Translations under genes and position numbers: made by a program
The notes under the pieces: model-generated
Database searches by the model: none
What the model saw: only the letters and a program-made list of their open reading frames with translations
Told to the model about the DNA's origin: nothing
Source: Vicinamibacteria bacterium
GTDB taxonomy: Bacteria; Acidobacteriota; Vicinamibacteria; Marinacidobacterales; Marinacidobacteraceae
DNA: 64,000 nucleotides
Assembly (NCBI GenBank): GCA_965199715.1
Contig: OZ241322.1
Location: forward strand, 928,001 to 992,000
Reading direction: 5' to 3'
Part shown: one piece after another, positions 54,337-63,795 of the stretch
How the letters are laid out: each line of letters begins with the position of its first letter
Numbering within the stretch: position 1 is the first letter of the stretch

Positions 54337-55611
54337 TCAGAGATAGGGCGTGTACTCGCGCCGCTCCCAGTCGCTCACGTGGGCGCGGAAGCGCTCCCAC
54401 TCGCGCCGCTTGACGGTCACGTGCATGCGGGTGAACTCCTCGCCGAGCGCGGCGACGAGAGCGGAGTCGGCTTCGAGGTCGGCGAGGGCGCGCTGGAGGT
54501 CGGGCGCGACCGTGACCTTCGTTTCGGAGTCCTCGAGGCAGTCGCCGGTCTCTTCCGGCGGCGGGGCGAGACGCTCGCCGATTCCGAGACGGGCGGCGAA
54601 GAGCGTGGCGGCCACCGCGACGTGGGGGCCGCAGGCGCCGTCCGCCAGCCGGTGCTCGATGCGGCTCCCCTCGCCGCGTTCGAGCGGGATCCGCACCGCG
54701 CAGCCGCGGTGGTCGTGGCCCCAGTTGGCCCAGTAGCCGCTCATCTGGCCGGGGCGGAGCCGGCGGTAGGCGTTCACCGTGGGCGCGACCGCGCCGGCGA
54801 GCCCGGCGTGGTGCCGGAGCAGCCCCGCGACGGCGGACCAGGCGAGCGGCGAGATCCCGCCGTCCCCGCCCGGATCATCGAAGACGTTGCGCCCGTCCTC
54901 CTCGAGACTCAGGTTCACGTGGAGTCCGGAGCCGCCCCGGTCGCCGAAGGGCTTCCCCATGAAGGTCAGGTGGTGGCCGCGCCGCGCCGCCACCTCGCGG
55001 GCGAGCAGCTTGAACAGGAAGGCCTCGTCGGCGGCGGCGAGGGCGTCCTTCTTCGCCAGCGTGAGCTCGAACTGGCCGTCGTCGTACTCGCTGTGGAAGG
55101 ACTCCAGATGGATTCCGGCGGCGTCGGCGGCGTCGAGCACGGCCTCCATGACCCCGTCGGGGTCGGCGAACGGGCCCGAGCCGTACACGTGGGAGCCGGG
55201 GGTGCGGACCGACCGGTAGCCGCCGTCGCCGTCGGGAGCGAGGAGGTACGCCTCCAACTCCATCCCCACGACCGGGCGGCGGCCGTCGGCCTCGTGGGCG
55301 GCGACGGCGCGCTGGAGCACGCGGCGCGGGGACCGCTCGAGCGGCCCGCCGTTCTGCTCGAGGTCGGCGACCACGACGCCGTGGCCAGGGTCCCAGCCGG
55401 GCCGAATCCGATCGGGGTCGAAGACCGCGCGCATGTCGGGGAGGCCGTCGAGGAGCCCGGAATTCGGGTAGGCGTCCATCTCGCGGTCGAAGCCGAGCGC
55501 GAAGGTGGCGACGCAATGGCCGGTGGCCGCCGCGCCCGGACGGAGCAGCTTCCCGCGGGCGAGCCCGAGGTGGTCGGGCCAGAGCGCCCGGACGCGGCGG
55601 ATGTCGCTCAC
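54337..55611 (-). CDS. Glutamine synthetase-like gamma-glutamylamide synthetase
   Basis: GMELEAY, SEYDDGQFE, FMGKP...GSGLHVNLS, NAYRRL, RIEHR. Lacks the GSI GYEAP flap. Confidence 0.9.
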   Translation of the reverse strand: MSDIRRVRALWPDHLGLARGKLLRPGAAATGHCVATFALGFDREMDAYPNSGLLDGLPDMRAVFDPDRIRPGWDPGHGVVVADLEQNGGPLERSPRRVLQRAVAAHEADGRRPVVGMELEAYLLAPDGDGGYRSVRTPGSHVYGSGPFADPDGVMEAVLDAADAAGIHLESFHSEYDDGQFELTLAKKDALAAADEAFLFKLLAREVAARRGHHLTFMGKPFGDRGGSGLHVNLSLEEDGRNVFDDPGGDGGISPLAWSAVAGLLRHHAGLAGAVAPTVNAYRRLRPGQMSGYWANWGHDHRGCAVRIPLERGEGSRIEHRLADGACGPHVAVAATLFAARLGIGERLAPPPEETGDCLEDSETKVTVAPDLQRALADLEADSALVAALGEEFTRMHVTVKRREWERFRAHVSDWERREYTPYL

Positions 55612-56192
55612 GGCGCGGGTTGTACCACCCTCGGGCGCAGGACGAGGAAGGCGATCGTCCCGCTGGCGAGGAAAAAGTAGAGCGGGTAGATCACGATGGC
55701 GAACTCGAAGCGGTCCACTGCGACGAGGTTGATGGCGTTCGCCGCGACGAAGAGCCCCCACGCGAGGCGATCCTCGGTCCAGGGCGCCTCCCACGCCTTC
55801 CGGATGGTCGGCAGCGCGCCCGCGAAGTCCACACCGAGCGTGGTGACGAGAGCGGCGACCGGCGTGTCGAGGAGCCACCAAAGGATCAGGCCGGCGCCCG
55901 CTCCCATGAGGCAGCCGCGGTCGAGGCGGGTCGCGCCGCCCTCGCCGTGGCGGATGCTCAGCAGGGCGGTCGCGAACGAGGCGACGAAGTAGGCGACCGG
56001 GACCCAGATCGTCGTGTCCGCGCCGGAAAACCAGTAGCTCGCGAGCAGGACCGCCCCGGTCACGCTCCAGATCCACCACGTGGCCCGATTCGGGCGGGTT
56101 CGGCCCCGGAGCGTGGAGACGAAGTAGGGGAGGAACGCGAGCAGCGAGAGAAGTCCGGCCGCCGCGCCGGCCGCCGCCGAGAACGAGGGCAC
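55608..56192 (-). CDS. Hypothetical membrane protein
   Basis: PYFVSTLRGRTRPNRATWWIW and LPTIRKAWEAPWTE motifs, multiple TM helices. Confidence 0.75.
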   Translation of the reverse strand: MPSFSAAAGAAAGLLSLLAFLPYFVSTLRGRTRPNRATWWIWSVTGAVLLASYWFSGADTTIWVPVAYFVASFATALLSIRHGEGGATRLDRGCLMGAGAGLILWWLLDTPVAALVTTLGVDFAGALPTIRKAWEAPWTEDRLAWGLFVAANAINLVAVDRFEFAIVIYPLYFFLASGTIAFLVLRPRVVQPAP

Positions 56193-56229
56193 GAGGCGCG
56201 AGCCTAACTCGGGGTACGCTCGGGGGCCG

Positions 56230-57714
56230 ATGCGCCGACTCGTCCTCTTCGCGCTCCTGGCCGTGGGATGCGCCCCCGAGCCCGTCGCGACCCGGGCCGA
56301 GCTCGAAACGCTCTTCGACGACATCCTCGAGAAGACCGAGCGCCGCGAGGCGTTCTCGCCGGTCAAGGAGGCGCGACTGGACTTCTCGCCGCTCGACGGG
56401 ATGCGCCGCCTTCGGGAGGAGTTCGTCGGCGCGCGGACGGAGGCCGAACTGTGGTGGGCGCTCGTGAAGCTCAGCAACGCCCGCCGCGACCGCCACCTGT
56501 CGGTGCGCCCGGCGGAGGGCGGCCTCGCGGCTCCCGGCGCTCCGGCGCTCGCCGCCCCGATCCTCGTGCTCGCGGACTTCGCCGACCTCGACCGGCCGTC
56601 GTTCTTCGACGCGGAGAGCGGGGACCGGATCGTCGAGGTGAACGGCCGAACCATCCCGGAGTACGTCGCCGCGTTCCGGCCGTGGATCCGCCACTCGTCA
56701 CGGCACGGGCTGTACTGGTGGATGGCGCGGGAACTGCCGCGGATCGTCCCCGGCGTTCCTCCGGAGCTCTACCGGGAGACGCTCGACCTCGCGCTCGAGG
56801 ACGACGCGGGCGAGCGGTACGAGCGGTCGCTGGCCTACGGGGACTGCGCGACCCACTGCCGGGAGCTGCGACCCGAGTATCCGGGGTTCGAGCCGCTGCT
56901 GGAGCGCGAGAACTTCCACGTCTTGCGGAGCGCGGACGACGGCGTCGTGCTGCTGCGCTGGCTGGACTTCGAGTTCAGTCTGATCAAGGACGTGATGGAT
57001 CTCATGGAGCTCGCCGAAACCGACGAGCTCCTCGATCACGACCTCGTCATCGACGTGCGCGGGAGCAGCGGCGGCTCCCACGGGGCCTACGCGATCCAGC
57101 GGCTCGTGAACGAGCCGTTCCGGACCACGTTCGGAAACGTGCGGATCAGCGACGCGGGCGAGGCGCTCATCGAGCGCTTCGCCGCGATGGAGCCCGACGG
57201 CGGCGCGCCGGAGATCCTCGGGCTGAACCTGAGCCGGGAATGGCTCGTCGAGTGGGCGCGGACCGACGGCCGGGAATCCGTCCGGCGCGGCTACGAGTAC
57301 ACGCCCCCGACCCCGTTCAAGCTGGCCCACCTGCCCCGGGACGCGAGCGGGACGCTCGATCCGGCGCCGACGCACTTCCGGGGACGGACGGTCATCCTGA
57401 GCGGGCCGCACGGCGGCTCCCACCTCGACCAGTTCGTCTCGATGTTCAAGGACAACGATCTGGCCGTGGTCGTCGGGATGCCGCCGGGCGGCTACAGCAA
57501 CACCTGGGAGCACGAGGAGACGCTGGTTCTGCCCGGCTCCGGGCGGCCGCTGGCCACGTTCATGTGGAACGTCGGGCACACGCTGCGCCCCAACGGGGAG
57601 ATCCTCGAGGGCAATCCGGCCATGCCGGACGTCCCGCTGCCGCTGACGCGGGCGAACTTCCGGACCTGGGACCGGGAGCTGCTGGATGCGGCTCTCGAGG
57701 TCCTGCGCGACTGA
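56230..57714 (+). CDS. S41-family peptidase-like lipoprotein
   Basis: LAVGC lipobox, GDRIVEVNG PDZ-like motif, VIDVRGSSGG, GGSHLDQF, ILEGNPAMPD. Confidence 0.78.
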   Translation: MRRLVLFALLAVGCAPEPVATRAELETLFDDILEKTERREAFSPVKEARLDFSPLDGMRRLREEFVGARTEAELWWALVKLSNARRDRHLSVRPAEGGLAAPGAPALAAPILVLADFADLDRPSFFDAESGDRIVEVNGRTIPEYVAAFRPWIRHSSRHGLYWWMARELPRIVPGVPPELYRETLDLALEDDAGERYERSLAYGDCATHCRELRPEYPGFEPLLERENFHVLRSADDGVVLLRWLDFEFSLIKDVMDLMELAETDELLDHDLVIDVRGSSGGSHGAYAIQRLVNEPFRTTFGNVRISDAGEALIERFAAMEPDGGAPEILGLNLSREWLVEWARTDGRESVRRGYEYTPPTPFKLAHLPRDASGTLDPAPTHFRGRTVILSGPHGGSHLDQFVSMFKDNDLAVVVGMPPGGYSNTWEHEETLVLPGSGRPLATFMWNVGHTLRPNGEILEGNPAMPDVPLPLTRANFRTWDRELLDAALEVLRD

Positions 57715-57715
57715 T

Positions 57716-57905
57716 CGGTCGGCGGCCCAGTCCTCCTCGCCACCGTGGACGGTCGGCTCGGCGCACCACCGCTCCCGCATCGGCGCGACCTGGTCCATCG
57801 CGTCCCCGGGGAAAGAGAGCGCATCCTCCAGCACGAGCCGGTCGAGCTCCTTGCGGACGGGATCCTCATGGGCGCGGTGCGCGGGGAGGAATTCGCGGCC
57901 CGACC
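57716..57905 (-). pseudogene. Orphan C-terminal fragment resembling large restriction-modification (methylase-fusion) proteins
   Basis: REFLPAHRAHEDPVRKELDRLVLEDALSFP...MRERWCAEPTVHGG resembles, from memory, the LPA..A..D..R..LD...WC.EP.VHGG tail of type IIG-like enzymes. No start or N-terminal part. Confidence 0.4.
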
Positions 57906-58004
57906 CGGTGCTGCGAGAATGGAAGAACCCATGGACACCCGCTTCTCCGCCGGCAAGCTGGCGGCGGAGCGCCACCGCAGGCGGCCGAGGCGGCGCATCC
58001 GGGC

Positions 58005-59102
58005 GTGACCGGCGGCCGGCTCCACTCGCTGGACGTCTTTCGAGGCGCCACGGTCGCCGCGATGATCCTCGTGAACAACCCGGGGAGCTGGAGCCACGTC
58101 CATCCGCCGCTCCGGCACGCTCCCTGGCACGGGTGGACGCCGACCGACCTGATCTTCCCCTTCTTCCTGTTCATCCTCGGAGTCGCGATCCCGTTCTCGC
58201 TCGAACGGCGGGCGGAAGCCTCCCCGGGGGCGTTCCTGGGCCTGATCCTCCGGGTCGCGCGACGCAGCCTGATCCTCGTCGCGCTGGGCCTTCTTCTCGC
58301 GGCGTGGCCGTTCTTCGGAATCGACGGCGTGCGCCTTCCGGGCGTGCTCCAGCGGATCGGCGTGGTCTATCTGGTCGCGGGGACCGCGGCGCTGACGCTT
58401 CCGAAGCGCTGGCTCCTCGCGTTCGCCGCGGCCGGTCTCGGCGGAACCGCGGCCGTTCTCGCGTTCGTCCCGGCCCCGGGCGGGATTCCCGGCGATCTCG
58501 CCCCGGGGACGAACCTCCCCGCGTGGCTGGACCGACTCCTCATCCCCGGTCCGCTCCACCAGGTCACGTGGGATCCGGAAGGGGCCCTCTCGACGGTCCC
58601 GGCGATCGCGACCGCGCTGATCGGCGTGTTCGCGGGACGGCTGCTGCGCTCCGAACGGGAGGCGCAGCGGAAGCTCGCGACGCTGTTCGCCTGGGGGTTC
58701 GCCCTCGCCGCGGCCGGCTGGGCGTGGGACGCCTGGCTTCCCATCAACAAGAACCTGTGGACGAGCTCCTACGCGCTCTTCACCGCCGGGATCGCGTGCT
58801 CCTGCCTCGGCGCGGCCATGCTGCTCACCGACTTCCGGACCCCGCCGGCATGGACGCGGCCTTTCGCGGCCGCCGGCCGGAACGCGATCCTCGTCTTCGT
58901 GGGCTCGGGGCTGCTCACCAAGACGATATCGCTCTTTCCCGCCCCCGGAGACGCCTCGGCCTACGCCTGGACGTGGCGGACGCTGTTCGCGTCGTGGCTC
59001 GGGCCGCTGAACGGATCGCTCGGATTCGCGCTCGCGAACGCAGCGCTGTGGCTCGGGGTCGCCGCGTGGCTGGACCGGCGGGGCGTCCGGTTGAAGGTCT
59101 GA
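58005..59102 (+). CDS. Heparan-alpha-glucosaminide N-acetyltransferase-like membrane acyltransferase
   Basis: RLHSLDVFRG, MILVNNPG, HAPWHGWTPTDLIFPFFLF, GVLQRI, DPEG, PINKNLWTSSY. Confidence 0.93.
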   Translation: MTGGRLHSLDVFRGATVAAMILVNNPGSWSHVHPPLRHAPWHGWTPTDLIFPFFLFILGVAIPFSLERRAEASPGAFLGLILRVARRSLILVALGLLLAAWPFFGIDGVRLPGVLQRIGVVYLVAGTAALTLPKRWLLAFAAAGLGGTAAVLAFVPAPGGIPGDLAPGTNLPAWLDRLLIPGPLHQVTWDPEGALSTVPAIATALIGVFAGRLLRSEREAQRKLATLFAWGFALAAAGWAWDAWLPINKNLWTSSYALFTAGIACSCLGAAMLLTDFRTPPAWTRPFAAAGRNAILVFVGSGLLTKTISLFPAPGDASAYAWTWRTLFASWLGPLNGSLGFALANAALWLGVAAWLDRRGVRLKV

Positions 59103-59987
59103 TGGAGCCGGACCCCAGGAACTCCGCGATCCTCGTCCACGTGGACGGGGCGCTGCCGCCCCGCGCGGAGGCGCGGGCGTCCGTGTTCGACAGTTCGGCG
59201 CGGGCCGGAGACACCGTGTGGGAAGGGCTGCGGGTCGTCCGGGGGCGGGTGGCCGACCTCGACCGGCATCTGGACCGACTCGGCTCACGCCATGGCGTTC
59301 GCCGGCGTCCCGGATCGGAACGCGGTCCGGGCGGCGCTGTTCGAGACCCTTCGCGCCAACCGCATGACCGACGGGGTCCACGTCCGCCTCACGCTCTCCC
59401 GGGGCGAGAAGGTCACCTCGGGAATGAGCCCGGAATGGAACCGCTCCGGCTGCATCCTCATCGTGCTCGCGGAGTGGAAACCGCCGGCGCACGACCCCGG
59501 TGGCGTCCGGCTGATCACGTCCTCGGTCCGGCGCAACAGCCCGCAGTGCATCGACTCGCGCATCCACCACGCGAACCTCGTCAACAACATCCTCGCCAAG
59601 ATCGAAGCGAACCACGCCGGGGCGGACGACGCGCTCATGCCGGACCTCGCGGGCTTCGTGGCCGAGACCAACGCCACGAACGCGTTCCTCGTCCGGGACG
59701 GCGCGCCCTTCACGCCGCACGCCCACAGTTGCCTGCCCGGGGTGACCCGGGCCGTGACGATCGAGGCCGCCCGGGAGGACGGCGTTCCGGTGTTCGAGAA
59801 GAACCTGACGCTGACCGAGGCCCATGTCGCCGACGAGATGTTCACGACCGGCGCCATGGGAGGAATCTCGCCCGTGCTGGAGGTGGACGGTCGGCGCGTC
59901 GGCGACGGCGTCACCGGCCCGATCACGCTGCGCCTGAAGGACCTCCTGCTCGGGCGGGCGTTTCGGGACGGGACGCCGGTGGACTGA
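59102..59987 (+). pseudogene. Aminotransferase class IV (IlvE-like), frameshifted near 59280
   Basis: N-part SVFDS...GDTVWEGLR...HLDRL and C-part RLTLSRG, NNILAKIEAN, AETNATN, LPGVTR, ADEMFTTG are in different frames. Confidence 0.85.
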
Positions 59988-59990
59988 GGC

Positions 59991-60425
59991 TCAGCCGTCG
60001 CAGCGGGCGACGAAGACCAGGTCGTCGTCCTCCTCCATGTAGTGGACCGCGTAGGCGCAGGCGCCCGAGGCGTTCGCGAACTTGCCGGTCCCGCCCACCA
60101 GCCGGAACACGCCGAGCACGCTGCTGCCCACCTCGGCGCCGCCGCCGATCCGGGTCGCGGCGGCGTGGAGGTGGTCCTCCTCCGGATCGTGGAGGTCGCA
60201 GTCCGCCTGGATCTCGACTTCGGAGCCCTCTTGTTTCACGGCGACGACGGCGCCGGCGCGGACGACGACCCCGACCCCGTGCAGCGGGCCCGCGGTCACG
60301 GCCCGGCCCGGACGGGACACGGTCCCCTACTCGTGCTTGGCGACGAGCACGAGGTGGAAGCCGGCGTCCTGGGCCGCCGCCGCGCCGGCGGCGAGGAGAA
60401 TGCAAGCGATCGCGAGTCCCTTCAT
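59991..60425 (-). pseudogene. Secreted beta-rich protein interrupted by an in-frame TAG at 60327..60329
   Basis: Signal peptide MKGLAIACILLAAGAAAAQ (ATG overlaps the upstream stop), and the same frame continues to LVGGTGKFANASGAC.Y. Confidence 0.65.
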
Positions 60426-62497
60426 GGCGCGGATTCGCCCACGGGATCCCCGAGCCATCGCTCGAGGAAGGCGGCGCTCCGGCGGAACAGCTCCAGCCAG
60501 TTCGCGTGGCGGAGGAACCCGTGCACCTCGTCCGGGAAGACCAGCAGCTCGTGCTCCACCCCGAGCTCGCGCAGCTTCTGCACCAGCTCCACGGTTTCGT
60601 TGAAGGGGACGTTGCGGTCGTCGTCGCCGTGGATCAGCAGGACCGGGGAGCGCCAGCCATCGACCGAAGCCAGCGGCGAGGACTCGAAGGCGAGCCGCTG
60701 CGCGTCGGGATGGAAGTGCGGCTCGTAGGAGGGGACGAAGCCCTGGATCGTGCGGTTCCAGTCGTGCACGCCGTGGATATCGACCCCGGCGGCGAAGAGG
60801 TCGGACGCGCGCGACAGCCCCATCGCGGTCAGGTAGCCGCCATAGGAGCCGCCCCAGAGGCCGATCCGGCCCGGGTCCACGCCCGGCAGGCTCGCGAGGA
60901 AGTGTCCGGCGCCGAGCACGTCCTGATGCTCGGACGCGCCGCTGGCGCCGTAGTTCAGCGCCTCGCGGAACTCCATGCCGTAGCCGGTGCCGCTGCGGTA
61001 GTTCACCGAGAGCACGGTGAAGCCGCGGCTGGCGAGGTACTGGTGGAAGGCGTAGCAGTTCGCGTAGTACCCCAGGTAGTGCCAGCCGAGGAGCATCTGG
61101 CGCCGGGATCCGCCGTGGAGGAACAGGACTCCGGGACCCGGCGGGGAGCCGGGGGGCGGTTCGAAGAGCTGGCCGTGGATGAGCATCCCGTCGGCGGCGC
61201 GGAAGCTCACCGGACGGGGATCCGTCATCCCGTCCAGCGGGAAGTCGTTCGGGAAGGCGCCCGGAGCGAGCGGCCGCGCCCCCTCCCCGTCGAGAATCAT
61301 CGGCTGGAGCGGACGCCGGCCGTCGCCGCCCAGAAACGCGACGCCGCCGCCCTCGAGCGCGACCGGGAGCGTCTCGACCCCCGCGCCCGGAGTCAGCCGC
61401 TCCGGCGCCCCGGAGCCGCCGACTCGCCACAGGTGCCGGCGATGCGGATCGTCCTCGTTGGTCGCGGCCAGCACGCCGCCCCGGCCGTCGGCGACCGCGT
61501 ACTCGACCTCGAACGGCCCCGACGTCAGCGCGCGGGGCGCGCCGCCCGCGGCCGGAACCGCGTACAGATGGCGGAAGCCGTCGCGCTCCCAGGGAAAGAC
61601 GACGGCGCCGCCCAGGGTCCAGTGGAGCTGGTCGGCGGACGCCGTTCCCGAGAACGCGCTGCCCCGACCGGGGTCGGCGCGGAAGACCTCGCGGCTCGTC
61701 CCCGGATCCGCGACCGAAGCGACGCGCACGCTCCAAGGCGGCCCCTCCCGGCGCGGGACGAAGAGCGCCGGCCGGAGGAGCGGCGGAGTCCGCAGGAAGG
61801 CCACCTCGGCGCCGTCCGGAGAAAACGCCGGCGCGACGTCGCGGTCCACCGACGGATCCAGCCAGCGCACCGTTCCCGCCGCGACGTCGAAAAGGCCGAC
61901 GAACGAGTGGGCGCCCCGGTTCGAGACGAAGGCGAGGACCGTTCCGTCCGGCGAGAGGCGCAAGCCGCCGAGCGAGCCGCGCACTGCGACGACCTCTTCG
62001 GGCGCGGCCCCCGGCTCGAGCCCGATCCGATGGATCCTGCCGCCCCGTACGAAGAAGAGCGCGTCCCCGGCCGCCGTGAACAGCGGGCTTCCGGCCGGCT
62101 CGGTCAGCTTGCGCGGGCGATCCTCGATCACCCAGAGCGCCCGCTCCACCCCTTCGGGCCGGCTCAGCGGATTCGGCAACTCGCCGGCCCGGTTGGGGCC
62201 GTCGCCGCGCACGAACGCGATGCGGGAACCGTCCCGGCTGAAGGCCAGCGCCGACATCGTGGTCCCGTCGTCGCCCTCGAAGTCGGTGAGCCGCCGCCCC
62301 CGGAAGTCGGGCGCGTCCGCCGCCCAGACGTTGCGCGCGCCCTCCTCGTTGAAGACCCACGCGACCCGGCTCCCGTCGGGAGCGGCGGTCAGGCTGGTCG
62401 GGAACGGCGCCGAGAAGACCCGCTCCAGCGCGAACTGGGCGACGGCGGGCGGCGCGAGGAGGAGCGCGAGCCCGAAGAGGAGCGCGATGCGTCGCAT
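60422..62497 (-). CDS. S9 family peptidase with TolB-like propeller
   Basis: Repeated SPDG units, HGG, NYRSGTGYG, GGSYGG, HGDDDRNV, PDEVHGF. Confidence 0.95.
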   Translation of the reverse strand: MRRIALLFGLALLLAPPAVAQFALERVFSAPFPTSLTAAPDGSRVAWVFNEEGARNVWAADAPDFRGRRLTDFEGDDGTTMSALAFSRDGSRIAFVRGDGPNRAGELPNPLSRPEGVERALWVIEDRPRKLTEPAGSPLFTAAGDALFFVRGGRIHRIGLEPGAAPEEVVAVRGSLGGLRLSPDGTVLAFVSNRGAHSFVGLFDVAAGTVRWLDPSVDRDVAPAFSPDGAEVAFLRTPPLLRPALFVPRREGPPWSVRVASVADPGTSREVFRADPGRGSAFSGTASADQLHWTLGGAVVFPWERDGFRHLYAVPAAGGAPRALTSGPFEVEYAVADGRGGVLAATNEDDPHRRHLWRVGGSGAPERLTPGAGVETLPVALEGGGVAFLGGDGRRPLQPMILDGEGARPLAPGAFPNDFPLDGMTDPRPVSFRAADGMLIHGQLFEPPPGSPPGPGVLFLHGGSRRQMLLGWHYLGYYANCYAFHQYLASRGFTVLSVNYRSGTGYGMEFREALNYGASGASEHQDVLGAGHFLASLPGVDPGRIGLWGGSYGGYLTAMGLSRASDLFAAGVDIHGVHDWNRTIQGFVPSYEPHFHPDAQRLAFESSPLASVDGWRSPVLLIHGDDDRNVPFNETVELVQKLRELGVEHELLVFPDEVHGFLRHANWLELFRRSAAFLERWLGDPVGESAP

Positions 62498-62507
62498 GAG
62501 ACGGGTC

Positions 62508-63755
62508 CTAGCGGGGGATGAGGCGCACCGGGAGGTGCTTGACGCCGTGGATGAAGTTGGAGCGGAGGCGGTCGGGCGGGCCGGCGAGCTCCACGGCGCG
62601 CACCCGGCGGAAGAGCTCCTCGAAGGTCGCCCGAACCTCGAGGCGCGCGAGCCACGCGCCGAGGCAGACGTGCCGTCCGGCCCCGAACGCGAGGTGCGGG
62701 TTCGGGCTGCGGCGCACGGCGAAGCGGTCCGGTTCGGGAAACGCGTCGGGATCCCGGTTCGCGGCGACGTACCAGAGGACCGCCCGGTCGCCCGCCCGCA
62801 TCGACGCCCCGTCGAGATCGAGATCGCGCGTCAGCGTGCGGCGGAAGTGCATCGTCACCGAGGTCCAGCGGAGGATCTCCTCGGTCGCCGAAGCGAAGAG
62901 CCCCGAATCGCCGTCCCGCAGCGCCCGGAAGGCGTCCGGATGGTCGAGAAGCGCGAGCAGGCCGCTCGTGATCGTGTGCCGGGTGGTCTCGTTGCCCGCC
63001 ACGATGAGCAGGAGGAAGAAGTTCTGGAACTCGAGCTCGGTGAGCGGATGGTCGTCGGCCTCCTGGGCGAGCATCCCGGAGAGGACGTCCGCCGCCGGCC
63101 GGCGCAGCCGCTCCTTCCGGATCCGGCTCGCGTACTCGAACACCCGCAACGCCGCGGGGCTCCGGAAGGGGAGCAGGCGGAACGGCTCGGTGTCGGCGCG
63201 GTCGATGACCGCCATCGAGAACTCCGGGTCGGCGTTCGAGATCAGGGCGTCCCCCCATTCCACGAGCTCGCCGGCGTCGGCCTCGGGCACGCCGAGGATG
63301 CGGCAGAGCATGCGGATCGGAAGCTCGCGGGAAACCTCCTCGACGAAGTCCAGCTCGCCCCGCTCGAGGGCGCGGTCCAGCACGCCGGCCGCGAGCGCGC
63401 GGACCGATTCCTCGTGCGCGGCGATCGAGCGGCGGGCGAAGCCGGCGCCGACGAGCCGGCGGAGGCGCGCGTGGCCGGCGCCGTCGTACTCCATCATCGT
63501 CCGCCGCGCCTCCAGCTCGTCGTCGTCCAGTTCCTCGAGACGGACGCCCCGGGCGCAGGAGAAGTCGCGCGGCGTGGAGCTCGCATGGAAGACGTGCGCG
63601 TACCGGGTGAGCGCCCAGAACCCGGAGCCGTCCGGCTCCTCGACCCACTGCGGCGCCCCGCGCTCGCGCATCCGGCGGAAGAGGTCCCACGGGACGCCGT
63701 TCACGTAGGTGTCGTGCGAGACGATGGCCTCGAACGAGGCGCCGTTTTCCGTCAA
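62508..63755 (-). CDS. Cytochrome P450 (CYP124/125-like architecture)
   Basis: GFWALTRY, LLIVAGNETTR, EEILRW, HFRRT, ANRDP, FGAGRHVCLG. Confidence 0.96.
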   Translation of the reverse strand: MTENGASFEAIVSHDTYVNGVPWDLFRRMRERGAPQWVEEPDGSGFWALTRYAHVFHASSTPRDFSCARGVRLEELDDDELEARRTMMEYDGAGHARLRRLVGAGFARRSIAAHEESVRALAAGVLDRALERGELDFVEEVSRELPIRMLCRILGVPEADAGELVEWGDALISNADPEFSMAVIDRADTEPFRLLPFRSPAALRVFEYASRIRKERLRRPAADVLSGMLAQEADDHPLTELEFQNFFLLLIVAGNETTRHTITSGLLALLDHPDAFRALRDGDSGLFASATEEILRWTSVTMHFRRTLTRDLDLDGASMRAGDRAVLWYVAANRDPDAFPEPDRFAVRRSPNPHLAFGAGRHVCLGAWLARLEVRATFEELFRRVRAVELAGPPDRLRSNFIHGVKHLPVRLIPR

Positions 63756-63795
63756 GTCGCTCCCATCCTATGCGGTGTTACGCTGCTTCGTTCCC

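Noticed and set aside
54337-55611. Calling this gene glnA
   Set aside because: It lacks the GSI flap and ammonium-site features and sits in a catabolic operon.
60327-60329. In-frame TAG as pyrrolysine or readthrough
   Set aside because: No pyl genes or recognisable readthrough signal are present. A nonsense mutation is simpler given the neighbouring pseudogenes.
57686-62521. Very long ORFs in the track (for example 1611 aa, 47310..51389, 39136..42891, 15971..18913)
   Set aside because: These are shadow frames of real genes caused by high GC content. They are Arg/Pro/Gly-rich and have no motifs of their own.
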